Assembly (NCBI GenBank): GCA_964457775.1
Contig: CAYWEW010000004.1
Location: 24,705-88,704 of the forward strand
Source: an uncultured Candidatus Saccharibacteria bacterium
GTDB lineage: Bacteria; Patescibacteriota; Minisyncoccia; Phycocordibacterales; UBA5272
Length of the DNA: 64,000 nucleotides
Reading direction: 5' to 3'
Positions within the stretch are counted from its first letter, which is position 1; each line of letters begins with the position of its first letter. The position numbers and the translations under genes are program-made. Shown piece by piece: positions 30,421 through 39,368 of the stretch. Under the pieces are notes generated by a model. The model made no database searches. It saw nothing but the letters and a program-made list of their open reading frames with translations, and was not told the DNA's origin.

Positions 30421-30750
30421 TCAAGTTTTGAGAGGGGTTACTGGTAAAGAGTAACGAACAACATCGACTCTTCTTCCAACTATTATTCTGTGGTTAATCT
30501 CCTTGCAAAGTTTACCTTCCTTATGTAGTTGCTCAAGGGCCATTCTTACATTTTTATCAGAAATATCTCTCCTGCCAGATGTTCTTTCCTTAATTATTTC
30601 AGCAATTTCAGGAACAGTAAACTTTCCATCTGGTGAGAAAAAACGAAGGAGCTCTTCGTAATTTTGATTATTTTCAAAGCCTACCCTTGTTAAATACGCA
30701 TTAATCAAAAGAGCAAAAACAACCAAAAAAACAATGCCGAGCCAATGCAT
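30421..30750 (-). CDS. membrane-anchored winged-helix (PadR/BlaI-like) protein
   Basis: N-terminal TM segment. ...SDKNVRMALEQLHKEGKL wing-helix pattern. Confidence 0.4.
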   Translation of the reverse strand: MHWLGIVFLVVFALLINAYLTRVGFENNQNYEELLRFFSPDGKFTVPEIAEIIKERTSGRRDISDKNVRMALEQLHKEGKLCKEINHRIIVGRRVDVVRYSLPVTPLKT

Positions 30751-30811
30751 GATAATTTCCTTTTTTAGAAAGATCTACAATTAAACTATATTAAAAAATA
30801 AATAAATGCAA

Positions 30812-30840
30812 GAAAAAACATCGCTTTCGCGATGTTTTTG
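30812..30840 (-). terminator. Rho-independent terminator directly after rpsL
   Basis: AACATCGC-gaaa-GCGATGTT followed by TTTTTCTT on the minus strand. Confidence 0.55.
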
Positions 30841-30865
30841 TTTTACTTCTTTGCTACTGCTCCTG
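30841..30865. repeat. 25-nt direct repeat DR2 (native rpsL 3' end)
   Basis: Covers the last rpsL codons (AGAVAKK-stop) and 2 nt beyond. Confidence 0.6.
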
Positions 30866-31274
30866 CCTTTGGACGCTTTGCTCCGTAGAGTGAGCGTGCT
30901 TGACGACGCTTATCAACTGGAGTTGCATCCAATCGTCCGCGAACGATGTGATAACGTACACCGGCCAAGTCCTTCACACGTCCACCACGGAGGATTACCA
31001 CTGAGTGCTCCTGCAGCTTGTGTCCTTCTCCTGGGATATATGCTGTTACTTCCATACCATTAGTAAGACGTACACGAGCAATTTTACGGAGAGCTGAGTT
31101 CGGCTTCTTTGGTGTTGTCGTTGTAACTTTTATACATACACCACGCTTGAAAGGTGAATCATAAAAATTAGGCTTGTTCTGAATTGCATTGAATCCACGA
31201 GTCATAGCAATAGAACGTGATTTCTTCACTGTTGTAGAGCGGGACTTCTTTACGAGTTGATTGATTGTTGGCAT
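30843..31274 (-). CDS. rpsL: 30S ribosomal protein S12
   Basis: MPTINQL..., [16 protein letters not shown] and GGRVKDLPGVRY-like segment. Confidence 0.9.
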   Translation of the reverse strand: MPTINQLVKKSRSTTVKKSRSIAMTRGFNAIQNKPNFYDSPFKRGVCIKVTTTTPKKPNSALRKIARVRLTNGMEVTAYIPGEGHKLQEHSVVILRGGRVKDLAGVRYHIVRGRLDATPVDKRRQARSLYGAKRPKAGAVAKK

Positions 31275-31338
31275 AACTTAAATAGTAGTAGAATACTAAC
31301 AGAGAACACACTTTTTTGCAAGTAATCTATTTGCTAGA

Positions 31339-31866
31339 TTATTCAGATTTCTTCATTGCTACGATGGTATTATTCCTCAAATCATAGATAACTGCCACTC
31401 TCTGGTACATGATAATATAATCACCCACTTTCACATTTTCATAAAAACTGTTCTGTTTCTTGAGTATTTCAGCATCTTCTACACGCACCACGTCCTGTGG
31501 ATCCTCATTAGGTAGTGCCACGAGCTTCGAAACCCTATCGACTATTTCTGATTTTGAGACAACTACATCATTTAGAAGTGTCGTGTGAAAATATGAATAA
31601 GCCCCGTATAAAGTAGCAACTGTAATCGAAACACTTATAAAAATTCTGAATGCTGAGTGGAATATCTTAGAAAGAAGTATTTTTTTTAATGTTTGTTTGC
31701 TATATCTTTTTGTAGAATGAACAACTCTTGAAAATGAAGTAGTTTTATTATTCTTTAACAACGAAGAAGTTTGCAAATTCGGTCTTTTAATTTTATGTTG
31801 GGCAGAATGCTTCATATTAAATACATTATACCTTAAAAGGACAAAGATTAAGGACATCAAGGACAA
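31339..31866 (-). CDS. hypothetical membrane-anchored protein (175 aa)
   Basis: ORF with one TM segment. Confidence 0.35.
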   Translation of the reverse strand: MSLMSLIFVLLRYNVFNMKHSAQHKIKRPNLQTSSLLKNNKTTSFSRVVHSTKRYSKQTLKKILLSKIFHSAFRIFISVSITVATLYGAYSYFHTTLLNDVVVSKSEIVDRVSKLVALPNEDPQDVVRVEDAEILKKQNSFYENVKVGDYIIMYQRVAVIYDLRNNTIVAMKKSE

Positions 31867-31880
31867 TACCTGTGGACAGA

Positions 31881-32510
31881 CTACATCAATATAGTTCTTA
31901 CTAAATTAAATATATGTGGCATAAACATACCATAAATCATTGATGCTCCGATAATCGCTCCAATCATATAAATTGGATTATAAATTATACCTGAATTTAT
32001 ACGCATTCTTGGGAAAAGTGATTGTATGATTGCCATTCCATCAAACGGTGGGATTGGAATGAGATTAAAGAAAGCTAGTGAAACGTTTATTTTTATAATA
32101 GTAAACAATGCAGTTCCAACACCTATACTCAAACTCCCATAATTAGCCATAACTTTAAAAACAATCCCTGCCATAAATGCTATTAAAAGATTAGTAAGTA
32201 TTCCAGCTGAAGCTACAAAAGCTTCTCCAATCCTTGTTCTTATGTTGTAAGCGTTGTATGGAACAGGTTTTGCCCATCCAAAAAATGTACCAGCCATCAG
32301 AAACGCAAATAACGGCACAATGATAGATCCCATCATATCAATATGAGGGAGAGGGTTTAGTGTTAGACGCCCAGCCCTATTTGCAGTCTCATCTCCTTGT
32401 ATATACGCAGCATAACCGTGTGCAATTTCATGCAAAATAATAGAATATATGATAATAATAAAAGGAAATATTCCTTGTGAAATGGTCATGGCCTCGTTCA
32501 TATGAAACAT
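31881..32510 (-). CDS. M50 family (site-2-protease-like) zinc metalloprotease
   Basis: HEIAHG zinc motif inside a TM helix, downstream FDG. Confidence 0.6.
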   Translation of the reverse strand: MFHMNEAMTISQGIFPFIIIIYSIILHEIAHGYAAYIQGDETANRAGRLTLNPLPHIDMMGSIIVPLFAFLMAGTFFGWAKPVPYNAYNIRTRIGEAFVASAGILTNLLIAFMAGIVFKVMANYGSLSIGVGTALFTIIKINVSLAFFNLIPIPPFDGMAIIQSLFPRMRINSGIIYNPIYMIGAIIGASMIYGMFMPHIFNLVRTILM

Positions 32511-32602
32511 AATACCACATAGATACTTTTTGTTTTAATTGATATATTTTAGTTGCAAAAGGCACTTTTACGTGATAGTATATGACAACTAACTAGAAAT
32601 CT

Positions 32603-32806
32603 ATGGCAAACATCTGTCCACTATGCGAAAAAGGTTCAAGAGTCGTTGGAAAATATAGCAACTCTGTTCGTGCTACCAAGTTCAACCCAGCGGGAGACCG
32701 TCGTGTATACCCGAACCTACAATGGGCTCGTATTCCTAATGGTCCTCGTATAAAGATTTGTACAGGATGTATGAAGAAAGGAATTCATCTCCAAATCAAG
32801 CTATAA
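32603..32806 (+). CDS. rpmB: 50S ribosomal protein L28
   Basis: CPLCEKG...SVRATKFNP..PNLQ...RIKICTGCMKKG. Confidence 0.75.
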   Translation: MANICPLCEKGSRVVGKYSNSVRATKFNPAGDRRVYPNLQWARIPNGPRIKICTGCMKKGIHLQIKL

Positions 32807-32833
32807 CAATAAGCTTCTAGCTGTTGTTTTTAA

Positions 32834-32868
32834 CAAAAAACGCGACCTGAGTCGCGTTTAATTATTTT
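32834..32868 (+). terminator. Rho-independent terminator of rpmB
   Basis: AACGCGAC-ctga-GTCGCGTT followed by taattatttt. Confidence 0.55.
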
Positions 32869-33212
32869 AACCTTTTAACTGAAGGTACGGTCATATCATG
32901 AATCTTTAAACCAAGACCAGTAAGACCGACGAAAGCCATCATTTGCATCAGAGGGTGTCCTACCAAATTATGCATCGCCCAGACATGCCTCTGCCATTTA
33001 ATAGATGGCAAACCCTCTACTGCGCTCGGTTTAAACAAAAGAGTTATTTCTAGAGCATCTATTCCTTCTGCCAAATATACACCCCCTTCCTTTGTTGTAA
33101 TCTGTATCTCAAGAACATCTAAATCTTTATAATCTATACCCACAACAGAGTCTGTAGATATTACGACTGCGCCTGTTTTAATGAAACGAGGATAGATCTT
33201 AGGAAATAGCAT
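32862..33212 (-). CDS. hypothetical protein (117 aa)
   Basis: Start trimmed to MLFPKIY. 14-nt overlap with the upstream gene. Confidence 0.35.
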   Translation of the reverse strand: MLFPKIYPRFIKTGAVVISTDSVVGIDYKDLDVLEIQITTKEGGVYLAEGIDALEITLLFKPSAVEGLPSIKWQRHVWAMHNLVGHPLMQMMAFVGLTGLGLKIHDMTVPSVKRLK

Positions 33213-34443
33213 AGCCACCACTCTTCTCCATGAGATTAAAATTACGTTCAATAAAATCAATAACTCGAAATGATGGAACCCGTCTATTGTAAACAATATT
33301 CGGACCATGATTATCCAAATACACCGCAAAGATTCCTGGCTCTATTTCACGAATACCTCGAGACGTATTTGCTCCGCACTCATGACTCCCACATTCAAAC
33401 TCTCTTTGAGAAACAATAGGGACGAGAGAGTCTGTTTTTATTGTGCTATGAAAATGAACAATACAATCCAGATCAGCATGCTCGTTAAAAATAATTCGCT
33501 GTGACTGACCGCCCACCGATGGCTTCGCACCATGGGCAATCACTTGTCGATCATCAACAGAATCAATTTTAACTAGGCCAATATTAGCAAGGTCATTAAA
33601 GTTTCTTTTTCTTGGAGAGGTCAGGAATTCACCTTCTTTAACCTTAACAGCAAAGTGTCCGGCTGTTACTCCACGAAAAGTCTTATATGCTCCTTGATCT
33701 ATACAGTAATCAACAACCTCTCTAAGAGAATCCGGAACGTAAGGGGACCGCCATGGCGTCATCACATCATCAACAACAACACTTTTTGTAAAAGTGAGCT
33801 CTGACCGATGCAAGACCATATCAACCAAATTACGCAGAACGTGTTCTCTATCTTTACTTTCGTGATACACAGCTTCTTCTGGTGCGACAATCATATTCGT
33901 CCTTGTCACAACATCATTTGCCAAAACAAGGTTCACACTTGAGGCTTTCAACATATTAAGAGCCTGCTTATATGATTCCTCACTTGTAGCATTACATGTC
34001 GTCTTAAAACCAACAAGAAAAATATCTTTTCTAGCATTTGCGCCTGCACGAACACTGCTGATGATTTTTTGTGCCGGAAAAAGTAACATGCTATCTATTC
34101 CGTCTGAGGTCTTCAAACGTGGAGCATACTTGCCACCCTCGACCCCATCAACAGTCCCAACAAAATCAGTAAGCGCGATATTCATAAAGATAATCTTAGT
34201 TGCCTTATCGTTACAAATATCCCTCACCAACCCAGCAACGTCATCATTTGTAACCAAACTGCTTGAACTATCAGCCATCTTGGTTAAATGAAGACGCACT
34301 TCGTACTTGTCTTTGTCAAAGACTTCTTCACAAAGCTTTGCGATCTGCCTTGCAGTGTTACCGAATGCTGGTGCAGACAACGCAAGGTGACTACGAACAT
34401 GATTGAATGTTCCACCTCCCAAAACATGTATTATTGATTTCAT
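33199..34443 (-). CDS. fusion protein: CoaB-like (DFP-family ligase fold) N-terminal domain plus class II aldolase/adducin C-terminal domain
   Basis: N-terminal VLGGGTFNHVRSHLALSAPAFGNTARQIA, KIIFMNIALTDF and FLVGFKTT...LVLANDVV resemble CoaB. C-terminal KPSVGGQSQRIIFNEHADLDCIVHFHS is an aldolase_II signature. Confidence 0.5.
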   Translation of the reverse strand: MKSIIHVLGGGTFNHVRSHLALSAPAFGNTARQIAKLCEEVFDKDKYEVRLHLTKMADSSSSLVTNDDVAGLVRDICNDKATKIIFMNIALTDFVGTVDGVEGGKYAPRLKTSDGIDSMLLFPAQKIISSVRAGANARKDIFLVGFKTTCNATSEESYKQALNMLKASSVNLVLANDVVTRTNMIVAPEEAVYHESKDREHVLRNLVDMVLHRSELTFTKSVVVDDVMTPWRSPYVPDSLREVVDYCIDQGAYKTFRGVTAGHFAVKVKEGEFLTSPRKRNFNDLANIGLVKIDSVDDRQVIAHGAKPSVGGQSQRIIFNEHADLDCIVHFHSTIKTDSLVPIVSQREFECGSHECGANTSRGIREIEPGIFAVYLDNHGPNIVYNRRVPSFRVIDFIERNFNLMEKSGGYAIS

Positions 34444-34551
34444 GATAGATCCTTTGGTTAGGTTTGATAAAAAGAACTGCTGTTCCTTTTACAGAATACA
34501 GTGGGTTGTGTTTTAAGACAATGTGTGTTTATAATAATATATAAACATACT

Positions 34552-35322
34552 ATGACTCGCCTAGCAAAATTACTTCTTGATATAGGATTAACAGACACAG
34601 AGACTGCTGTCTTTGACCATCTCTATCACAATGGTAAAAATACTGCTTCTACAATTAGCCTCACTCTATCTAAAAATAGAGCAACAATATACCATGCACT
34701 ACACTCATTGAAAACAAAAGGTCTTCTATGTGTAGAAAATGAAAATGGCACTAATCATTTCAGTGTTCCAAATAAAGAAATTTTTTCATCATACTTTGAG
34801 CACAAGGAAGAGATGATACATAAGCACAAAAAAGAAGTTGAGGAATACATGTCCAAAAAAAAGCCTCTGATTAAAAAATCCGAGGAAACCACAGAATTCT
34901 ACACTGGGGACGAAGGTATTCGCATGGCATTAGAAAAAGCCTTTCGCTGTAAAACAAAAAGGTGGGATATCATTGCTCCCAGAAACAATTTTTTTACTAG
35001 TGCAAACGAAGAATTTGCTGATTACTATATGCACAGTAGAAAAAAATACAAAATACTTTCACGTAGTTTATGGGAAAAGACAAAAAACGAACCACTTCTA
35101 GTAACAAAAATATTACAAGAAGAAAGAAACCCTAGATATTTGGACGAAAAGGCAAGTAATACTTTTAGTTCAATCCTTATACTTTATGATGACTCTGCTT
35201 TATGCATTTCTTCACACAAAGAGCGTACCGCAATAATAATCCAGTCTGAAAGTATGCACAGCATTCTGAAAATGCAATTTAATTTACTCTACGATAGTGC
35301 AATCAGGCCAGAAATAAAATGA
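34552..35322 (+). CDS. TrmB-family transcriptional regulator
   Basis: LGLTDTETAVFDHLYHNGKNTASTISL..IYHALHSLKTKGLL wHTH. Confidence 0.65.
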   Translation: MTRLAKLLLDIGLTDTETAVFDHLYHNGKNTASTISLTLSKNRATIYHALHSLKTKGLLCVENENGTNHFSVPNKEIFSSYFEHKEEMIHKHKKEVEEYMSKKKPLIKKSEETTEFYTGDEGIRMALEKAFRCKTKRWDIIAPRNNFFTSANEEFADYYMHSRKKYKILSRSLWEKTKNEPLLVTKILQEERNPRYLDEKASNTFSSILILYDDSALCISSHKERTAIIIQSESMHSILKMQFNLLYDSAIRPEIK

Positions 35323-35418
35323 ATGGTCCTCGTGTAAAGATTTGTATTTGATGTAATAAACATATCAAATTAAGTACATAAAATAAGAAATTTAATGAAA
35401 TAGTATATACTTTATTAT

Positions 35419-36564
35419 ATGCAAACATTTAATTTTAGTGAACTTATTCTTCTTATTGGGGTTTATTTGTTAATAATGACAGTGTTGTACGCTTATAAAT
35501 TTATAAATAGTAAAGATGTTATTAGAGCTTGGTACAAAAAAAGATTAATTATAAATTGTGTTTCCATTTTTGTTTTACTTTTACTTTGGGCTTTTACCGC
35601 TATGCAACGTACTGTTATGTATGGCATAGGTCAAGGTGGGTCAGTACCAATTCCAGGTATGGCTTCATCAATGAATTCTAGAATGATAAATATTCCAAAT
35701 TATTATAATAACAATAACGGAGACATAACTGACACAAGAGAGTTCATAAAAAAGACTTTTTCAGCAAATCTAAAAACGAGGGAGGTAGAAGATGTCGCGA
35801 AGAAAGTTGAACTACTTATTAAAGGACTTGGGGGGCGTATAGATAACTCAAATATTACGAACACATATGCTACTTTTAGTTTTGTAATTCCAAAATCAAA
35901 CTTAGATGACTTTGAATCTCAAATAAGATCTTATGTTCATAAAAAATTCTATTCCCAGACAATTACCTCCCAAAACCTTCTAGGGGAGAAGCAAGACCTT
36001 GAGCGTAATCAGGATTCCACAAAAGATTCAATTGATTCTCTTACAACACAAAGACAACAAGTACAGAATGATTACACAAAAAATGCAAATACTATAAAAT
36101 CAAAAATAGAAACTAAAAGTTCTCAATTAAAAACCGTACGTGATAATATCCTAAAAAAAGAAAACGAACTTAGTGTAGCCACAAATACAAATATAATAAC
36201 TGAAAAAAATCAGGAATTGAGGACTCTACGAAATTCTGAAAGTAATCTAAACCAAGGAATCACAACTTTAGTTTCAGAATTTAATAATTTGTCTAATCTT
36301 TTCAAGTCTCAAATGTCTAATCTTGGGGCGTCATTAGAAGACCAAAATAATGTGCTTATTAGTTTGGACAAACAGACCGATTCCTTCTTGAACAAAGTAG
36401 AAACTGTTCAAGGGACTATATATATTAGTTTCGTTTCAGTTTGGGCAATTATCGATATCTTCTCTCCTATAAACCCAATAATAATATTATTTGTTGTATT
36501 TATAATTATTAGATTGATATTTTTAAACAAACAAGAGAAGAAGTTACTTGAATTACAGAAGTAG
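35419..36564 (+). CDS. membrane protein with central coiled coil (DUF4349-like architecture)
   Basis: TM at both ends. Q/N/S-rich coiled-coil middle. Confidence 0.4.
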   Translation: MQTFNFSELILLIGVYLLIMTVLYAYKFINSKDVIRAWYKKRLIINCVSIFVLLLLWAFTAMQRTVMYGIGQGGSVPIPGMASSMNSRMINIPNYYNNNNGDITDTREFIKKTFSANLKTREVEDVAKKVELLIKGLGGRIDNSNITNTYATFSFVIPKSNLDDFESQIRSYVHKKFYSQTITSQNLLGEKQDLERNQDSTKDSIDSLTTQRQQVQNDYTKNANTIKSKIETKSSQLKTVRDNILKKENELSVATNTNIITEKNQELRTLRNSESNLNQGITTLVSEFNNLSNLFKSQMSNLGASLEDQNNVLISLDKQTDSFLNKVETVQGTIYISFVSVWAIIDIFSPINPIIILFVVFIIIRLIFLNKQEKKLLELQK

Positions 36565-36610
36565 TAAGTGCGTAAATAGCTGCTGAACTAAACACTAATT
36601 AAACAGCAAG

Positions 36611-36642
36611 AAAAGCGCGCTTAAAATCGCGCTTTTGCTTTT
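36611..36642 (+). terminator. Rho-independent terminator (GCGCG-stem family)
   Basis: AAAAGCGCG-cttaaaat-CGCGCTTTTGCTTTT. Confidence 0.55.
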
Positions 36643-36694
36643 ACACATATCTTATTGTAGGATTACGACATCTCAATCACTAAAGGAAGAGATC

Positions 36695-37099
36695 ATGTCG
36701 TTCTTTATTAATGGAATTTTTTGGCAGGAAGGAATGTTCCCATACATTGGTCATGCTCCAATAATTGGTGAAGTGGTAATGATTGGTGAAGCACAAGTCG
36801 AAGCTGTCTTCTCAGGAATGATTGGTGAAAGAATTATCAACAAAATATCTGATGGCTTCTTGGTTGATGTGTACGGGCAATCCGAGCTCACCGATTTTGA
36901 AGTTCGAGAAAAAAACATGCAATTCACGAAACGCTACTTTCATCGAGACGATGAAATTCTCTACGACTTCAAAAAGTCCGAAGGTGGAGTCTGGGTCGGC
37001 AGGTGGCATGGCAAACGAGTTGGTGAAGGTGGAACGAAATGCATTCTCACCGAAATTCCTGAAACATTTTTCACGCAACAATTTCCAAACAAAAAATAA
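36695..37099 (+). CDS. cassette 1: hypothetical protein (134 aa)
   Basis: AAGGAAG RBS and ATG at 36695. Preceded by the conserved TAGGAT-containing upstream element. Confidence 0.4.
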   Translation: MSFFINGIFWQEGMFPYIGHAPIIGEVVMIGEAQVEAVFSGMIGERIINKISDGFLVDVYGQSELTDFEVREKNMQFTKRYFHRDDEILYDFKKSEGGVWVGRWHGKRVGEGGTKCILTEIPETFFTQQFPNKK

Positions 37100-37120
37100 T
37101 TTATATGTACAATTATTGTG

Positions 37121-37152
37121 AAGCGCGACCTACAGTCGCGCTTTTCTTTTTT
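37121..37152 (+). terminator. Rho-independent terminator (AGCGCGACC...GGTCGCGCTTTTC family)
   Basis: AGCGCGACC-taca-GTCGCGCTTTTCTTTT. Confidence 0.6.
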
Positions 37153-37199
37153 ATTTCACATGTTAGGATATGATTATAGTTCATTCACAGGAGAAAATA

Positions 37200-37355
37200 A
37201 TGAAAAAAAGCAGGGGTAGAAAAGGAAGGGTAGTTAAACCTGTGTCGCGTATCCCTGAAACATACAGGGATCCTTTGACAGGTGTATATGCTTTCCCAGC
37301 AAGTTTCGGAGAAAGTTTTGCCGAGAGAATCAGGATACGTTTCGCAAAAAAGTAA
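37200..37355 (+). CDS. cassette 2: small basic protein (51 aa)
   Basis: AGGAG RBS and ATG at 37200. Same upstream element and terminator as its neighbours. Confidence 0.35.
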   Translation: MKKSRGRKGRVVKPVSRIPETYRDPLTGVYAFPASFGESFAERIRIRFAKK

Positions 37356-37358
37356 CTT

Positions 37359-37388
37359 AGCGCGACCTTTGGTCGCGCTTTTCTTTTT
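37359..37388 (+). terminator. Rho-independent terminator (same family)
   Basis: AGCGCGACC-tttg-GTCGCGCTTTTCTTTTT. Confidence 0.6.
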
Positions 37389-37440
37389 ACCCTAAAATGC
37401 TAGGATACGATTATTGCTCATTACATGAAAGGGTATATAA

Positions 37441-37692
37441 ATGAAAAATGTCCTAAGAGGAGGAGCTCCTTTTACTCTTCCGCAAATTCGAAAACAGCTA
37501 GGCATGAGTCAGGATGGCCTTGCTACTTTGCTTGAGGTGTCAACTGATACTATTCAAGCATGGGAGAATGGTAGAAAAAAACCAAGTAGCACATCAAGGT
37601 TACTCCTTGAGATGCTTGCGGCAGATCAAAAAAACACAATCCGTTTGATAAAAAAATCTGCTGGATTTTTCTTCCAACCAAACCCAAAATAA
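37441..37692 (+). CDS. cassette 3: HTH XRE-family protein (HigA/MqsA-like antitoxin-type C-terminus)
   Basis: LPQIRKQLGMSQDGLATLLEVSTDTIQAWENGRKKPS helix-turn-helix. Confidence 0.65.
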   Translation: MKNVLRGGAPFTLPQIRKQLGMSQDGLATLLEVSTDTIQAWENGRKKPSSTSRLLLEMLAADQKNTIRLIKKSAGFFFQPNPK

Positions 37693-37711
37693 ATAGGTAA
37701 AATTTTTGAAT

Positions 37712-37742
37712 AAGCGCGACCGAAGGTCGCGCTTTTCTTTTG
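37712..37742 (+). terminator. Rho-independent terminator (same family)
   Basis: AGCGCGACC-gaag-GTCGCGCTTTTCTTTT. Confidence 0.6.
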
Positions 37743-37770
37743 CAATTCATTCGCACTTATCTTTACATAT

Positions 37771-38697
37771 CTATTTGTCTGTCTTAACCTCCATCATCCT
37801 ACCGTCAGTCACAAAAGAAATACTTCCTCTGTCTATTGTGCTTATAATTTCTTTTGTGTATTTTTGTAATCTGTCAATCGTCTCTACATTCGGATGTCCG
37901 TACTTATTATTTTTTCCTGCACTCACGACTGTGTACTCGGGTTTGATGTAACTTAGCAACTGCTCTCCACTTGATGTCTTACTTCCATGATGCCCTACTT
38001 TGTACACTGTCACATTTTTTGGAAGCGCACCACTATCGAATAATTTATTTTCTTTTGCTGTTGGTAAGTCTCCAGTTAACAAAAAACTTTGTTCTCCGTA
38101 TGTGATGACCATACTCACTGATGCATCATTCGTATCATTTTTCTTTTCTTGATAATTTTTTTGTGGGTACAAAATTTGTGCAGTTACTCCATCATGAAAA
38201 TCAATCACATCTCCTGTACGTGCGACATACATATCTGCATGTTCGACATCGATATGTTTATCTAACTCACCAAAAACTTTTGTGTCACTATGTACTGGTG
38301 ATTCTATAATTGTATGTGCTTTATATTTTTCTAAAACTGGAATTAATCCAGTCACATGATCTGCATCCGGATGAGTTGCGACTATCACATCTATCTCACG
38401 ATCAAAGTATGACATTTCAGAATCTAGTCTAGATAAAATTATATTCGTCGGACCACCATCTATAAGCATTTGTTTTCCACTTGGAGTTTGTACAAAAATT
38501 GCATCACCTTGTCCAACATCGAGAAAAGAAACTTTGAGTTTTTGTGGTGTGATTAATTTGTATATCACAATTGCTGATATCAAAATAATAAATAATGAAA
38601 TGAAAACAAAAGTAACTTTTCCATAATTATGAATAAAATCTTTTGTGCTTTTTCTCACATTTTCTCTCCACTCATTCATATGATAATAGTAACACAA
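37771..38697 (-). CDS. ComEC C-terminal metallo-beta-lactamase domain protein (split comEC, part 2)
   Basis: FLDVGQGDAIFVQTPSGKQMLIDGG..., HPDADHVTGL. Confidence 0.6.
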   Translation of the reverse strand: MCYYYHMNEWRENVRKSTKDFIHNYGKVTFVFISLFIILISAIVIYKLITPQKLKVSFLDVGQGDAIFVQTPSGKQMLIDGGPTNIILSRLDSEMSYFDREIDVIVATHPDADHVTGLIPVLEKYKAHTIIESPVHSDTKVFGELDKHIDVEHADMYVARTGDVIDFHDGVTAQILYPQKNYQEKKNDTNDASVSMVITYGEQSFLLTGDLPTAKENKLFDSGALPKNVTVYKVGHHGSKTSSGEQLLSYIKPEYTVVSAGKNNKYGHPNVETIDRLQKYTKEIISTIDRGSISFVTDGRMMEVKTDK

Positions 38698-38785
38698 GCG
38701 GAACCTTTGGTTCTGTTTACCCTATTTGTATTTGCTAAAATCTACCAACTAAGAGCTAACAGTTGTTTGTTGTATACTATACCCC

Positions 38786-39358
38786 ATGATCGACTTACAC
38801 ATAATAATTTCCTCCTGGTCATACCTAGCCATCTTTATATTAATGTTCACCAACGGTGTCGGGAATTTTCCTTCTTCGCAATTCCTTTATCTTATTTGTG
38901 GTTACTTCATTAGTACAGGTAACTTACTTTTTGTCCCAACTATTCTTGTAGGAACGATAGGCAACGCCTTGGGAAATATCACAACTTTTTTTCTCATAAA
39001 AAAATACGGCGAATCCTTTGCTCGAAAGTTGTTTATGCTTGATGAGGAAAAATTTAGAAAAATTTACTCGGCTCTTCACAGCACTTTTCAAGATAAAGGT
39101 TTGTGGTGGTTATTCTTAGGAAAATTAACTCCTTCGATAAAAGCCTTCGTTCCTATGGTCGCTGGTTTAGCAAATACTGAGAGTAAAATTACCTCTTTGA
39201 TATTTTTTGTAGGATCTCTCCTTTGGGCAATTATGGTTACTTCGATTGGTTATTTCTTCGGTGAACACATCTCACTCACCTCTCTCACGGCCGTTTCACT
39301 GACTGTAGGTTCTATCATTATCTTTATTGTTTATAAGAAAGTTTACAAAAACCTATAA
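38786..39358 (+). CDS. DedA/TVP38 family membrane protein
   Basis: Multi-TM protein. DedA-type re-entrant loop region (FPSSQFLYLICGYF). Confidence 0.55.
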   Translation: MIDLHIIISSWSYLAIFILMFTNGVGNFPSSQFLYLICGYFISTGNLLFVPTILVGTIGNALGNITTFFLIKKYGESFARKLFMLDEEKFRKIYSALHSTFQDKGLWWLFLGKLTPSIKAFVPMVAGLANTESKITSLIFFVGSLLWAIMVTSIGYFFGEHISLTSLTAVSLTVGSIIIFIVYKKVYKNL

Positions 39359-39368
39359 CAAAATTCTT

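Noticed and set aside
30374-37745. Regularly recurring GCGCGACC...GGTCGCGC hairpins considered as a CRISPR-like or REP array
   Set aside because: Each is a canonical hairpin plus T-run sitting immediately 3' of a gene. Spacing follows gene lengths and there are no cas genes. Interpreted as a lineage-typical terminator family.
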